The notes: generated by a model not told the origin, from the letters alone. Counted from the stretch's first letter, positions 1-12,124 are shown. The stretch is DNA of 64,000 nt from Malacoraja senta (GCA_038087875.1 JAXLNO010000111.1:1-64000), one strand, 5' to 3'. Numbers and translations: made by a program.

Positions 1-7
1 AACACAG

Positions 8-1740
8 CTAAGCGAGCTCCCCGTAATGGACAGGCGGCTTGACCAACCGGCCAGAGCGGGTGCGCAACCCGCATTCCCCCTCAACCGCAGGAGCAGAAGG
101 GACAGAGTCAGGGACAGAGGTGGGAGAGCCGGGCGGGGAACGAACCGGAGACGGAGGAGAACAGCGAGGCGAAACGGGCACGCTGGCAGGCGAGGCAGGG
201 GAAAGAGGCTTGTGAGCGCGGGGCATAGAGAGCTGGGAGGGCAGTTTCTGCGACATGCGAGGAGTGACAGGGGCTGGCGGAGCCTCGGGCAGAATGGAAG
301 GGATAGGTGGCTGAAACGGGTCCGCGGGAGGCGGAGGAGGCTCGTTGACGAGCAGGAGGTGCAGGCGTGACCGACGGTAGATAGCGCCCTCATAGTCGAC
401 GAGGTATGACCGGGGAGAGCCGGCATTACCAACCACTACGGCCAGCCTGTAGTGCCCGGAGGGGGACTGCATCCGAACCACCTGGCCCGGGAACAGCAAG
501 GAAGCGGCCGGGCCGACTTGTCAAAGGAGCGCTTCTGGATGGCTTTCTTCTCGATGATGCGCTCTGTGTGACAGCGGCAGGGTTCTGGACCGAGGGTTTG
601 AGGGACTGTTGCGAGACAGGGAGAGGTGGTCTAGTGGTGCGGGACATGAGGCGTTGGGCAGGTGAACCGAGCGCGGGGTCGCGGGGAAATGTTGCGGAGG
701 TTGAGGAGGGCAAGGTAGAAGTCGGAATGTGGAAAGGCGGCAGATGTTCTAGCAGCTCCTTGGCACTGCGGACGGCGCGTTCCGCAAGGCCGTTGCTCTG
801 CGGATACTCAGGGCTGCTGGTGATGTGACGAAAGTTCCAACGGGCAGCGAAGGCACGGAACTCGGCGCTGGAGAACTGGCTGCCGTTGTCCGATTGGAGG
901 GTTACCGGGGATCCGAAGGTGCAAAAGTGCGGCGAAGCTTCCCGATGACGCGCGGCAGAGGTGATGGAAGGCAGCTGATCCACCTCAAACCAACTGGAGT
1001 ATGAGTCCACCAGGACCAGGAAGTGCTTGCCACGCCATTCGAAAAAGGTCCGTGGCAACAGACATCCACGGTAGCTCGGGGGACGGCTGCGTGCAGGAGG
1101 GGCTGGCACTGCTGATGAGGCAGGAGACTGTTACAGGCAGCGCAAGCGGAGACCCTGTCACGGATGTCCTGAGCCATACCTGGCCAGTAGAATTGGCTCT
1201 GGGCCTGGGACAAAGTGGCCTCCACCCCGGGGTGGCCGTTGTGTGCAGATTGAAAATAGTGATCCCGCAGAGCGGCCGGCACCACGACCTTGTGACCCTT
1301 CACCACCACGCCGTCGTGTAGCACCAGTTCATCACGAACCAGGAAGTAGGGCATGGCACCAGCCGGCAGGGAAGAGCGTCGGTCAGGCCAACCACGGCGG
1401 ATAACGTCCGCAAGTTGTTGCAGGGCAGGATCATCAGCAGTGTGTTTGACCAGGGACTGCATCTGCTGGGAAGGAACAATGTTAACGTTCAGTACCATCA
1501 GGTCAGACGATTCGTACGGGTGGCGGGCAACTGAAGGGAGCGGCGCACGGGACAATGTGTCGGCCACAAACATATCTTTGCCCTTGCGGTACACAATCCG
1601 GAACGTGAAACGCTGGAGCTGCAGCATCATCCGCTGCAACCGGGAAGAGGCGACATGGATAGGCTTGTTCAGAATAGTGACCAGCGGCTGGTGGTCAGTC
1701 TCAATGGTGAAGGTGTTGCCCAGAATGTAATCCCACCACG
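8..1740 (-). pseudogene. Gypsy RNase H C-part + integrase, broken by several frameshifts
   Basis: ETDHQPL and ADTLSR; HNGHPG...CAAC (HHCC zinc motif); LVLVDSYS / LQSDNGSQF / NGLAERAV (DDE core); C-terminal PRSYLV and RTRSGRLVKPP. These are spread over ORFs 902-1768, 426-1109 and 8-499. Confidence 0.92.
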
Positions 1741-3503
1741 GCAAGTAGCTCCTTCTCGATCTGGGCATAACGTTGCTCGGCAGGGGTCATGGTGCGAGAA
1801 GCGTAGGAGACAGGTAGCTGCAGGCCGTCATAAAGCTGCAGACATGCGGCACCGAGACCGAACTTAGAGGCATCACAAGTGAGGACAATTGGTCTGTGCA
1901 GATCGAAGAACTTGAGAGTCGGTGTGTGTGTGAGCTTGGACTTCAGAGCCACGAACGCCGACTGGTGATGCGGGAGCCAGACCCATGCGGAGTCCTTCTT
2001 GATCAGCTCCCTCAGGGGAGCACTCAGTTCGCTGAGGTCAGGTATGAACTTCCCCAGGTAATTGACCATGCCCAGGAAGCGCTGCAGGCTGGGAACCTCA
2101 GTAGGAGCGGGCATCTCGGTGACTGCTGATGTTTTCTGGGGGTCAGGCTTTAAACCCCCCGCCGTGAAAACGTGACGAACGTAAGTGACTTCCGGGACCC
2201 GGAACCGACACTTCTTGGGGTTGAGCTTGAGATTGATTTTACGAGCCCTGTCCAGGACATGGCGGAGGTGCAGGTCATGCTCAGCGACGTCCCACCCGTA
2301 CACCAGGATGTCATCCACGATGATAGCGCACGGCAACCCAGCGAACAGCTGTTCCATGGTGCGCTGGAAAACCTCACTAGCCGAGTTGATCCCAAACGGC
2401 ATGCGGAGGAAACGGAACCTGCCGAAAGGTGTGATGAAGGTGGTCAGGAATGAGGAACGTTCATCTAAAGGGATCTGCAAAAATGAGCTTTTGGCGTCTA
2501 AGACAGAGAAGACAGTGGCAGGACCGACCTGTGCAGCGACGTCCTCCACCGTCCGCATGGGGTAGTGCGGGCGCTTGATGGCCAGGTTCAGGTCCTTTGG
2601 GTTAATGCAGATCCGGATCTCGCTCTTGTCCTTCTTGGCAGCGACGACCATGTTTGAGACCCACCTGGTGGGAGCGCTCACCTCCTTGAGGATGCCCATG
2701 GTCACCATATCACGCAGAGTAGATTCCACGCGTCCCTTCATAGCAAAGGAGACGCGGTGGGCCGGTCGAACTACCGGGTCGACACTCGGGTTGACAACAA
2801 TTTTATAGTCACAGGGCAATTTGCCCAAAATGTCATCAAAATGGTCGGGGTATTCTCCCAAGGGGTCCATGGGGGCCTGCACCAGGTGAATTCCACGGTG
2901 GAAAGAAACCAAGCCAAGGTCCTGGCACGCACGGGCGCCCAACAGGGTGACGTTGTCAGAATCCAGCAGGTGGAAGGTGAGGGGCCAAGAGGTCTCAAGG
3001 ACTGTGCAGATAAGCGTGGCCTTCCCCACTGGAACTAGAACACCTCCCCCATAGGCATGAAGGCGGGTGTCGCCGGGAGTAACTCTCTCACCAGATCTTA
3101 TCCGCTTGAAGAGGCTGACAGACATAACATTTGCAAAGGCACCAGTATCGAACTTGGCAGAGAATGAATGGCCATTCACAGTAACATGCACAGAGGGATC
3201 TGTTATCGTAGCAGGTGCACCCAAAAGCAAAAACACCATTGAATCACCATGGGAGGAGCTCCTATCAGAGTCTGGGAGTTCATCCGACTGGTACTGATAA
3301 CCAAGCGCGCTATCAGGGTCTGCAAGGTTGTTTAAATTCCTCCTTGGAGCAGGGACCGGCTTATCACGGGACCGACAAGCCGCCGAAAAGTGGTTCAGTT
3401 TGCCACAGGAATTACAAGTCTTACCCTGCGCGGGGCAAACGTTGAACTGTTGGAAAGAAAAATTACAATTGGGGCAACGGCGTGGGGTGACCTTAGCGGG
3501 CAT
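1740..3503 (-). pseudogene. Gypsy gag zinc knuckle + protease + reverse transcriptase + RNase H (N-part)
   Basis: CNSCGKLNHFSAAC (CCHC knuckle), KFDTGAFANV (protease), RMPFG and IIVDDILV (RT), LTCDASKFGLGA and YAQIEKELLAVV (RNase H). Confidence 0.95.
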
Positions 3504-3515
3504 TGCAGCGGGGTT

Positions 3516-4115
3516 TCATCGTGGCGGACCAGCGTTCCGCCGGCGGCCAGCTGCACCGGTGAAGTTAATGTCCTGGGACACCGGTTGAGACACGGAGCTA
3601 ACAGCAGAGGCCATACGAGCGGAATGCATGGCCTCCCTTAGTGTCAAATCAGGTTTCATGAGGAGCTCGTCACGCAGCTTAGCGTTCAGGAGCCCATTGA
3701 CCAGGACATCCCTGATCAATTCGTCCGTGGAGATTGTTTCAAGGCGACAGCGCCGAGCCATTTGACGCAAAGAGGCAATGAAAGCGTCAATATGCTCGCC
3801 GGGAATCTGCCGCCTCTGGAAGAATTTAAAGTGCTCAATAATGTTATTGGTAGGGATATCACAGAGGGCAGTGAATTTAGCCATGAGACATACCGGGTCC
3901 CGACGGGCTTCTCCGGGGGCGAAGTCGAATGAAGCATAGTGATCCATGGCCTCCGGGCCAGCGAGGTTGAGCAGCAGGTGAGCCTGCACAGCAGGGGTGG
4001 CATCAGGATGAGCGATGGCTGTGTAATGTTCAAAGTCGCGCTGGAACACAGTCCAGCGGTGGACAATGTCCGTGTCAAAGACCAAAGTGTCGGGTCGACG
4101 ACAGGAGTTGGACAT
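3516..4115 (-). pseudogene. Gypsy gag (N-terminal/capsid part)
   Basis: ORF MSNSCRRP...FFQRRQIPGEHIDAFIASLRQMARRC...LIRDVLVNGL is a typical Gypsy gag. It is in frame with pol across a single TGA at 3516-3518. Confidence 0.85.
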
Positions 4116-4215
4116 AATGAAAACGGGGGGGGGGAGACGTGAACAACTGGGAGAAAGCAAAGAATAAAAAAGAAAACCGATAAACAGGAGACGCGAGTCT
4201 ACCGCTGTGACACCA

Positions 4216-4419
4216 TGTAAAATGACTTGATTCCTACACGGAGTCTTTTACTGATGGTTTATTATAATCACTAACACACACTATGCAATAGCTGTCCGTG
4301 GTCATCACTGGAGCTAGAGAGCGGGCTGGAGGTGGGGACCTTACAATTATACGAGAGACAATGGGGAGTGGTTAGTAGTGGTGAGGTCACTATGTTAAAG
4401 GAACATGCACTGATCTACA
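4216..4419 (-). repeat. 5' LTR of the Gypsy element (204 bp)
   Basis: Minus strand starts TGTAG and ends TTACA (TGTA...TACA termini). It contains AATAAA (plus tttatt at 4258-4263). It is directly followed by the PBS-like TGGTGTCA (4208-4215). Confidence 0.8.
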
Positions 4420-5075
4420 CATAGTTTCCTGAAAGTGGTGACATGTAGACAAGGTGGTGTAAAAGGCTTGTGGCAAGCCAGCCTTCAGTGAACAAGGCAA
4501 AGAGTACAATAATTGGGACGTCGTGTTACAGCTGGACAAGATGTTATTGATGCATCTAGAATGTGACGTGTCACCATATTATAGGAAGGATGTGATTAAA
4601 CTAAAGAGGTGCAGAAAATATTCACAAGGATGTTGATTGGACTGGAAGGCTTGAATTATTGAGGAAGAGACTGGATAGGCTGGTACCTTTTTCCCTGAAG
4701 CAAAGAAGGCTGACGGTTAACCTTATACTGGTTTATAACATCATAAGGGGCGACTATTAGCTAGTCAATCACAGTCTTTTCCGCAGGGTAGAGAACTTAA
4801 AAACAAGAGGGTCAAGTGTTAAGGCGAGGAGGGGAAAGATTAAAGAGGACCCAAAGGGCAAATTTTTCACACAGAGAGTTGTGGAACGAGCTGCCAAAGG
4901 AAATGGTGGAGGAGGGTACCATTACAACATTAAAAACACGTTTTTGAATGGGTTCATGAATAAGGAATGTTCATGGGGCTATGGGCCAAAAGTAAGCAAA
5001 TGGGATAAACTCAGAAAGGCACTTTGGTGAGTGTGGATGAATTGGGGCAAAAGGCTGTGTAACACTATGACTCTG
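4420..5075 (+). mobile_element. CR1 LINE 3' fragment (old), host of the Gypsy insertion
   Basis: Degenerate match to the 3' end of the CR1 at 42300-43000 (aggaaggatgtgattaaact..., ttttcacacagagagttgt). Confidence 0.8.
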
Positions 5076-5334
5076 AGGTGAGATCTAACAAACTTCAACA
5101 TTTCATGACCAGACTCTGAATTGGGGTATGAAGTAAATATTGGCCAAGCAGCAAGGAAGAATGCTCCTGTCCTTGATCAAGAGAGCATGGAACATGCTTC
5201 TCATCTCAAGAGGGCAGGTTAGTGATGTCTCATTCAATAAACACCACCTCTGATAGCATAGCACTTCCTTAGCACTGTCTAAGAAACCAAGATAAGTAAT
5301 CGAATGACTGGAACAAGATTGGATCAGTGAAGCA

Positions 5335-6500
5335 AACACCTATGGTAGGCAAGTTATTGAAAAGGATTCTGAGGGATAAGGCATCTATGCATTTGGATAG
5401 ACGGGTCTGATTGTGGATAATCAGCTTCGTTTGCTACATGGGTAATCATGTCTTACAAAATTGATCAGGTTTTTGAAGAAAGTAACCAAGAAGGTTGACG
5501 AGTGCAAGTCATAGACATTGTCTATCTAGAGTTCAGCAAGACCTTTGATAAGGTTCTGCATCATAGGCTGCTCTGGAAGTTTAGTTTGCATGGGATCCTG
5601 GGAGAGCTAGCTGACTGGACACAGAATCAGCTTCATGGAATGAAGCAGATGGTGGTGGCGAAAATATGTTTTTCGGACCGGTAACTTGTGACTGGTGGAT
5701 TGCCTCAGGGATTGGTGGTGTGCCTCAGGGATTGGTGGTGTGCCTCAGGGATTGGTGCTGGGTCCATTGCTGTTTGCAGTTTCTATCAACAATTTGGATG
5801 AGAATATACATCATGATCAGTAAATTTGCAGGTGACACTCAAGTGAGTGATATCATAGAGAGTGAAGACGATTCTAATAAGTCACAGCAGGATCTTATCA
5901 ACTAATCAAGTGGGCTGAGGAGTGGCTAATGGAGTTTAATGCAGATAGGTGTGCCGTGTTGCATTTTGTTGCAAGATCAAGATGCTGGTGAGGCCGCATT
6001 GTGCTCAGGTTCAGTCATCATGCTATAGGAAGGATGTCATTAAGCTGGAAAGAGTGCCTGGAAGATTTACGAGGATGTTGCCGGGACTCGAGGGCCTGAG
6101 CTATACGGAGAGGTTGGACATGATCGGAATTTATTACTTTGAGCACTGGAGGCTGATGGGTGATCTTGTAGGGATGTATAATATCATGAGGGGAATAGAT
6201 AGGGTCAATGCAATTTTTCACCCAGAGTAGGGGAATCAAAAATCAGAGGACATCGGTTTTAGGTGAGAAGGGAATGATTTAATAGGAATCCGAGGGACAA
6301 CATTTTTATACAGTGAGTGGTGGGTATATGGAAAAAGCTGCCACAGGAGGCAGTTGAGGCAGGTACTCTTAACAGATTTTAAAGGCAATTGGGCAGGTAC
6401 AGGGACATACAGTAGATCGGAAAGGTTAAGAGGGATATGGGTCAAAGAGTGCAAATTAGTGCTAGGCCGAAAAATCTGTTTCCATACTCTGTAACCATCC
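5335..6500 (+). mobile_element. CR1 LINE RT/3' fragment (old), with a 20-bp triplication at ~5701-5760
   Basis: DIVYLEFSKTFDKV, GVPQG, ISKFAGDT and YRKDVIKLERV are CR1 ORF2 motifs. GCCTCAGGGATTGGTGGTGT occurs about three times. Confidence 0.85.
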
Positions 6501-7539
6501 ATTTTAAAGTAGAGCGTTAATATTAATGAATTCTTATTAATAAATGAAGAGATTATAAAAGTAAAGAGGTAGGGTTAAATCTCTACATCATAATTGGTCT
6601 ACAGTAAGTATATTAACTGAGAAAATTCAGGGAAGAGCAGTTTATTTTGATAAATGTATTCAGTTTTACTGCACTTTCCGCATCTTATTCTAAAAAAAGT
6701 TTAAGCTATGAAGTAGGTGCAGAAAAATTCATTTAAAATGATATTATGGGAGAAGGTGTTAGCTTACAACTGTGAAGCAGAACTAGAGCAGATTCAGAGG
6801 AGTTTTTATAAAAATGATAAAAATGAAAAAGGGCTTTGGTACAGTAGATAGGAAGAAATTGATTTCACATAGATGGTCAGTAAGCAAAAGGCACTGAGTT
6901 AATATGATTGTCAAAACAACCAGATGTGAAATGAGATTTTTTTTTTCAATGTTATGATTTAAAATACACTACCTAAAGGAACAGTGTAAGTGGCTTCAAT
7001 AGCAATTTTCAGAGGAGAATTTGATTATAAAGGAAATGAAAAGCAACTTGGAAGGAGTGGGGAGGGAGGGTCAGGCGGAGACTAATTGATCAACTCTCTC
7101 ACAATGCTCTCAAAGTGATGGCTGGAAGGCTTCCTTCTCTGTAGCAGTAATCTCTGGAGGAAAACCATTCATTTAAAGAAAGCCAACTGGATATCAATGC
7201 TGTTCAGAATTCAATAAACTTAATTTAGAAGGAACTAGTTCAATTAGTTGTCGGGTCAGTAATTAGAAGGCATTACTCAAAGCAATCCTCGAATTCGCTA
7301 TGATGGAGCTGAGAGGAACAAAACAAAATTTCTAGAGATTTATTAAGTTATGGGTGTTCTACCAAAAGGAAGTAGGCAGATTTATAATAAAGAAATAGAC
7401 AAGGTCAAAATGGTATGGGAAACAGTAAGTGGATAACTGCGCAAGACAAATGGTCTCCATCCCTCAACTAAAAACAACTGAATTTGTGAGTAAAAACCAT
7501 TAGCAAATTAAAAAAAGCAAATCAGTAAACCAAACAAAC

Positions 7540-7745
7540 AGCTGGAAGAACACAACAGGTCAGGCAGCATCCGTGGAGGGAAATGCACAGATAGGTCATT
7601 TTGGGTAGGGACCCTTCTTCAGACTGAAGGAGTGGAGTGGAAATAGCTGATAGCTGTCCATTTCCTTTCTCAGATGCTGCCTGACCCATTGAATTCCTCC
7701 TACAGTTTATTTTTTGCTCAAGATTTCAGCATCTGCAGTCTTTTG
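7540..7745. repeat. Inverted pair of Penelope-terminal (pLTR-like) repeats
   Basis: caggtcaggcagcatc...acccttcttcagactg is followed by the inverted gatgctgcctgaccc...cagcatctgcag. Confidence 0.65.
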
Positions 7746-7906
7746 TGAGTCCAAGTAGTAAACTAGACCTGCTGTTATCAGGAAACAAGGCTTTGTCTCG
7801 TACTCCAAAATAAAAGGAATATAATGGCTCTGTTGCTATGACACCTCCTCAATTTATTAAAATTATAATAACAAAGGACCCAACTCATCCACCCACTCTG
7901 ACATAC

Positions 7907-7956
7907 CATGTTGTATAAAGTGATTTTCCCTCCTGATGCATCCGTAACAACCGGCA
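7907..7956 (-). CDS. Candidate coding exon 2 of a minus-strand host gene (50 nt, phase 1 to phase 0; VPVVTDASGGKITLYNM)
   Basis: Acceptor ttttttgttcttgtctatgcaacAG, donor ATG|GTATGT. Open and in frame with the leader exon at 9864-9918. Lies in non-repetitive sequence. Confidence 0.5.
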
Positions 7957-8104
7957 CTGTTGCATAGACAAGAACAAAAAATACTGCCATAACCAATGTC
8001 TTGCAGTTACGTAACACCTTTGCCCCAATCGAAAGCATTCCCAAAACATTTTACAGAGGATGAAGTGCATTTGAAATACAGACTGTACTGTAACACAGGT
8101 AATA

Positions 8105-8425
8105 CCAGATCTTATCTCCTCTCCTATCAGGTAAGAGGTACAGAAGTTTGAAAACGCCTACCTCTAGATTCAGGGACACTTTCTTCCCAGCTGTTATCAG
8201 GCAACTGATCCATCCTATAACCAACTAGAGAGCAGTCCGGTCCTACCATCTACCTCATTGGAGACCCTCGGACCATCTTTAATTGCACTTTACTAGACTT
8301 TATCTTGCACTAAACATTATTCCCTTTACCCTGTACCAGAAAACTATGTTAGTCTTTCCGCTAACTGGTTAGCATCCAACAAAAAAAGCTTTTCACTTGG
8401 TACACATAACACTAAACTAAACTAC
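8105..8425 (+). mobile_element. Rex1/Babar-like LINE 3' tail
   Basis: Same 3' sequence as the 15090-15835 element (ggtaagaggtacagaag...ttcccagctgttatcaggcaactg). Ends in ctaaa repeats. Confidence 0.65.
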
Positions 8426-9863
8426 AACCTTGTTGCAGACTCCGAGCTCTCACATGATGAAAATCTGTTTTCAATGATGTGGATTGTGGGAATAAAGACT
8501 AGCCAGGACAAAAGGGAATCCATTCGGCTCTGCTCTGAAATAATGTTGTGGAATATTTTACATTCACTCGAGAGACCAGACACGACCTCAGTTTAACAGC
8601 TTATTGGAGATAACATCTTCAACAATTCTCCCTCAGTGAGGCAGTAAAGTTCAGTCTACATTTCCCCACACAACTTTCGAGTAGAACCTGAACCTATAAC
8701 CATCTGGCTCCAAATAAAAATTCCACCCTCACAGCCCACCAGCTACACAAAGCCCAAAGGAAAAGGCATACATTTTACCATGGAGTAGGAAAGCCAAGTG
8801 ACCACATAGTTATGTACGTATCCCAAGTATGTAGAAGTATTATGTACAAGGTTATACAAGTACAACCTCCCCCCATGCTTAACTCTCCTGCTCTAATAAC
8901 ACCAAAGAAAGAAGATTAGACTTACATTTTGTTATATGGGTTCTGCAAAATAGGGCAATGCGTATTGAGGGTTTGGAAATGTGTTTGATATTTTGGAGAG
9001 GGATGCATCTGCAGATATACACAGTCAACATTTGTTTCTTTTGAGCTACTATATAATTTCTATCTTATTCAAACCTGGACCCATATCGCACCTGCCCCAA
9101 AATCACATCCTTCCCATACTCTTGGTAAATAGGTTTGGTGTATGTGTTATTTGTTCAAGTTACTGGTTTAAAGCTATGAAAAAATCTGGCCCTTAAATAA
9201 ATTGATGCAATTGTGCCATCTAGGAGACTACAAACCATTTCAAACTTTTATTTGCTGTAGTATCTCATCTCCAAATACTCTCATTGCGTGATTTATCTCT
9301 TATATTTTTTGAACTACTTAATTACTTTCACGCTCATCAATAACCTCTTCTCAAATAATATTTTTCTCTAATAATTGCACAAACCGCTCAAAATAGTAAG
9401 GCCTAATTACTGTCCTCTGCTTCTGATTTTTGTTTCTATTGATTTCAACAGATGCATTGAGGGACGCCAAAGATGGGGATGTGGGAACGGAAACATAGAC
9501 ACTGATTAAATACAATAGTTCAGGATGCAACAACAACAGATAATGAAAGGGCAGGATGAATGAAGTGAGCTGGGAAGGAGTGCAAAGACGACTGGAGAGT
9601 GTATTAGATTTGTGGTCCCTTATTTAGTAATGCTTGGATCTAACAGTTTCCAAGAAAAAAATTACAACTAACCACAACCTATTTATCTGCAATCAATGGA
9701 GATTGCAATGCACACTAAACCCAATTTGCAGAGTGGAAATTCTGCATGGTGCCTGCTGTAGGGGATTCATATGCAGACGTCAAATGGAAAGCAATAGTCT
9801 GATTCCAAGAGTACTGTGATAGCATGCACATTGAAATGTTCACATGCATGTCAGAAAGCCTAC

Positions 9864-9918
9864 CAGCAACACAAAGGAAGAGAGTAACACCAACAATGGT
9901 GCACAAGTGGATCTTCAT
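9864..9918 (-). CDS. Candidate first coding exon encoding a signal peptide (MKIHLCTIVGVTLFLCVA + 1 nt)
   Basis: ATG with a purine at -3. Basic N-terminus followed by a hydrophobic core. Phase-1 donor CTG|GTAGGC. Lies just downstream of a CpG-rich patch. Confidence 0.55.
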
Positions 9919-9949
9919 ATTTAGTTTGGATCCATCTTCCTTGACATGG

Positions 9950-10180
9950 AAACCGAACCGTCCTGAACGGTTAACTTCCGCAGATGAGCACTGGCATCGT
10001 AGGCACATGCGCGCCGGCAACTTATGCAGATACATGCCAGCATCCCTGTCGGCCAGGAACGTCACGGATGCATACATGCCCGATATATTTGTGAACACCG
10101 CCCATTCAGAGGACGGTGACGGGGGAATTGCCCGGGACTCGGCTGGGGCACAATCCGAAAGGCTCCAGTCATTTATGTCA
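9950..10180 (-). promoter_or_regulatory. CpG-rich putative housekeeping-type promoter
   Basis: Non-repetitive CpG cluster in a CpG-poor region. On the minus strand it has GGGCGG (GC box), GTGACG (CRE half-site), GCGCGCATGTGC (NRF1-like) and GCGGAAGT (ETS-like) ahead of the ATG at 9918. Confidence 0.5.
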
Positions 10181-10184
10181 GCTA

Positions 10185-10517
10185 TGGGCCTGTCCCACTT
10201 ATGCGATTTCTTTCGGCGACTTGCCGGCACCTGTCATAGTCGCAGCAGGTCTCCGAAAATTTTCAACATGTTGAAAATCCAGAGGGGACCAGAGGAAGGT
10301 ACGACTCTATGGGCGATTACTCATGACCATACAGGCTTCACCCCGCAACATGTCGCCAGAGTGTCGCCTGTATGGTCATGAGTAGTCTCCTCAGTCGCCC
10401 AAAGAGTCGTAGCATCTTTCTGGTCGCCGCTGAATTTTCAACATGTTGAACATTTTCGGTGACCTATGACAGGTGCTGGCAGTCGCCGAAAAAAGTCGCA
10501 TAAGAGAGACAGGACCA
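10185..10517. mobile_element. PIF/Harbinger-type MITE
   Basis: Termini TGGGCCTGTCCCACTTATGCGA / TCGCATAAGAGAGACAGGACCA, flanked by CTA/TTA. The internal palindrome ttcaacatgttgaa is shared with 56784-57958. Confidence 0.75.
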
Positions 10518-11444
10518 TTAGGGTGATGCACTATGTTCGAAGGTAGTTAGTAAACTACTGTTAAATTACTTACTCCATTGTTGGTATTGTTCCTGGCAAT
10601 GCATAACAGTAACGTTGGGTAGTACTACTAGTGCACTGCAGGCACATTCATCTGATGCCCCAAGTTCCACTACTGCATAGGCAGAACCTGTCTAACATCT
10701 GACTACAGCAAAGAAAAAGCTCAAACTCCTTTCATACACATGCAATTAACCAACAACAGTCTGAAATAATGCATTTAAGAGAGCTGGGTTGTTGGAGGCT
10801 GTTAGTGGCTAATGTTGAGTGGAAGGACACTTCCTTTGGCTAGTTAACAACTGTATCTTTCTAGAGAGAGAATGTTATTGAGATTAATAACGCTACAAGC
10901 AATCTGCTGGAGTAACTCAGAGGGTAGAGCAGCACCCATAGGACTGTTTGGTGAACTTTTGTAACATTTCTCGGCGCCAGAAACATGATGACTATTGTGT
11001 ACTACCCAGGTGAGGTCTGCTGTATGATTTTACTGGGTTGGATACAAAATAAAGCATCTTATGGTACCGAGGTACATGTGACAAACTATCATTGAATTCT
11101 TGGATGGAAAGGAATACATCAGTCCTGATGCTGAACATTGGTTTCCATCCATAGATGCTAGTCGACCCACTGAGTTTCTCCATTAGATTGTTAGATGCTC
11201 CAGATTCCAGCATCAGCAATCTCTTAGGTCGCTATCAAGGTTACTCAGTTCCTCAATAATTGTGCTGTGGTTAAATAAACACTTCATGATCTGTCATCAA
11301 TGCAGACTTCTTGAGGTTTCTCATTATCCATACTAATAATCTTCTACATGCCCAACACGTGGTGTCCATCAAGGAACATGGATGCCACGACATATTGGAG
11401 GCCTAAGATAGTTGGCAGAAGAAAGCTGCGTAAGATTTGAAGAT

Positions 11445-11650
11445 AGTTACAAAATGCTGGAGTAACTCAGCGGGACAGGCAACATCTCTGGAGAGAAGGA
11501 GTGGGTGATGTTTCGGGTAGAGACCCTTCTTCAGACATCGACCCAAAACATCACCCACTCCTTCTCTTCAGAGATGCTGCCTGTCCTGCTGAGTTACTCC
11601 ATCTTTTTGTGTCTATCTTCGGTTTAAACCAGCATCTGCAGTTCCTTCCT
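11445..11650. repeat. Inverted (hairpin) pair of Penelope-terminal repeats with hammerhead-like core
   Basis: Arms of ~70 bp: aaaatgctggagtaactcagcgggacagg... / ...cctgtcctgctgagttactccatctttt. Confidence 0.7.
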
Positions 11651-11779
11651 AACACAGCAAGGTTGCATTTGAACAGTGGAACACTAGTTCAGGTAAGTGT
11701 GTTCAATTATGGTCATCACATTACACAATGTAGGTACATTAGAAAGGATACAGAGGAGAAACATTTAAAATTCTTAAAT

Positions 11780-12124
11780 GATTGGACAGGCTAGATGCGG
11801 GAAAATGTTCCCGAAGTTCGGGGAGTCCAGATCCAGGGGTCACAGTTTAAGAATCAGGGATAGGTCATTTAGGATTGAGATGAGGAAAAACCTTTTCACA
11901 CAGAAAGTTGTGAATCTGTGGAATTCTTTGCCACAGAAGGCAGTGGAGGCCAATTCACTGGTTGTTTTCAAGAGAGAGTTAGATTTAGCTCTTAGGGCTA
12001 AAGGAATCAAGGGATATGGGGAAAAAGCTGATTTTAGATGATCAGCCATGATCATATTGAATGGCATTGCTTGCTCGAAGGGCCGGATGGTCTACTCCTG
12101 CACCTATTTTTCTATGTTTCTATG
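11780..12124 (+). mobile_element. CR1 LINE 3' end
   Basis: MFPKFGESRSRGHSLRI...NLFTQKVVNLWNSLP. Tail ttctatgtttctatg. Confidence 0.9.

Larger units (their letters stand above)
1..4419 (-). mobile_element. Ty3/Gypsy LTR retrotransposon (5' LTR + gag-pol; 3' LTR lies beyond the left edge), degenerate
   Basis: Domain order on the minus strand is Gag, CCHC knuckle, protease, RT, RNase H, integrase (Gypsy order). An LTR and PBS lie upstream. GC-rich relative to its flanks. The right end abuts a CR1 fragment. Confidence 0.95.

Noticed and set aside
3516..3518. In-frame TGA between gag and pol as programmed stop-codon readthrough
   Set aside because: It lies upstream of the Gag zinc knuckle and follows CGA in an Arg-rich run. 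A CGA-to-TGA CpG mutation in an already degenerate copy is the simpler explanation.
26..3641. Plus-strand ORFs overlapping the Gypsy element
   Set aside because: They are antisense shadows of GC-rich coding sequence with no independent motifs.
5701..5760. 20-bp triplication as a functional repeat
   Set aside because: It is a local slippage duplication within a dead CR1 RT fragment.
8916..8998. Additional minus-strand exon with a strong GTAAGT donor
   Set aside because: It has an in-frame TAA in the phase required after the leader exon.
9715..10381. 171-aa and 185-aa ORFs as complete genes
   Set aside because: Both run into the Harbinger MITE and show no recognisable domain. Only the 9864-9918 leader segment looks coding.
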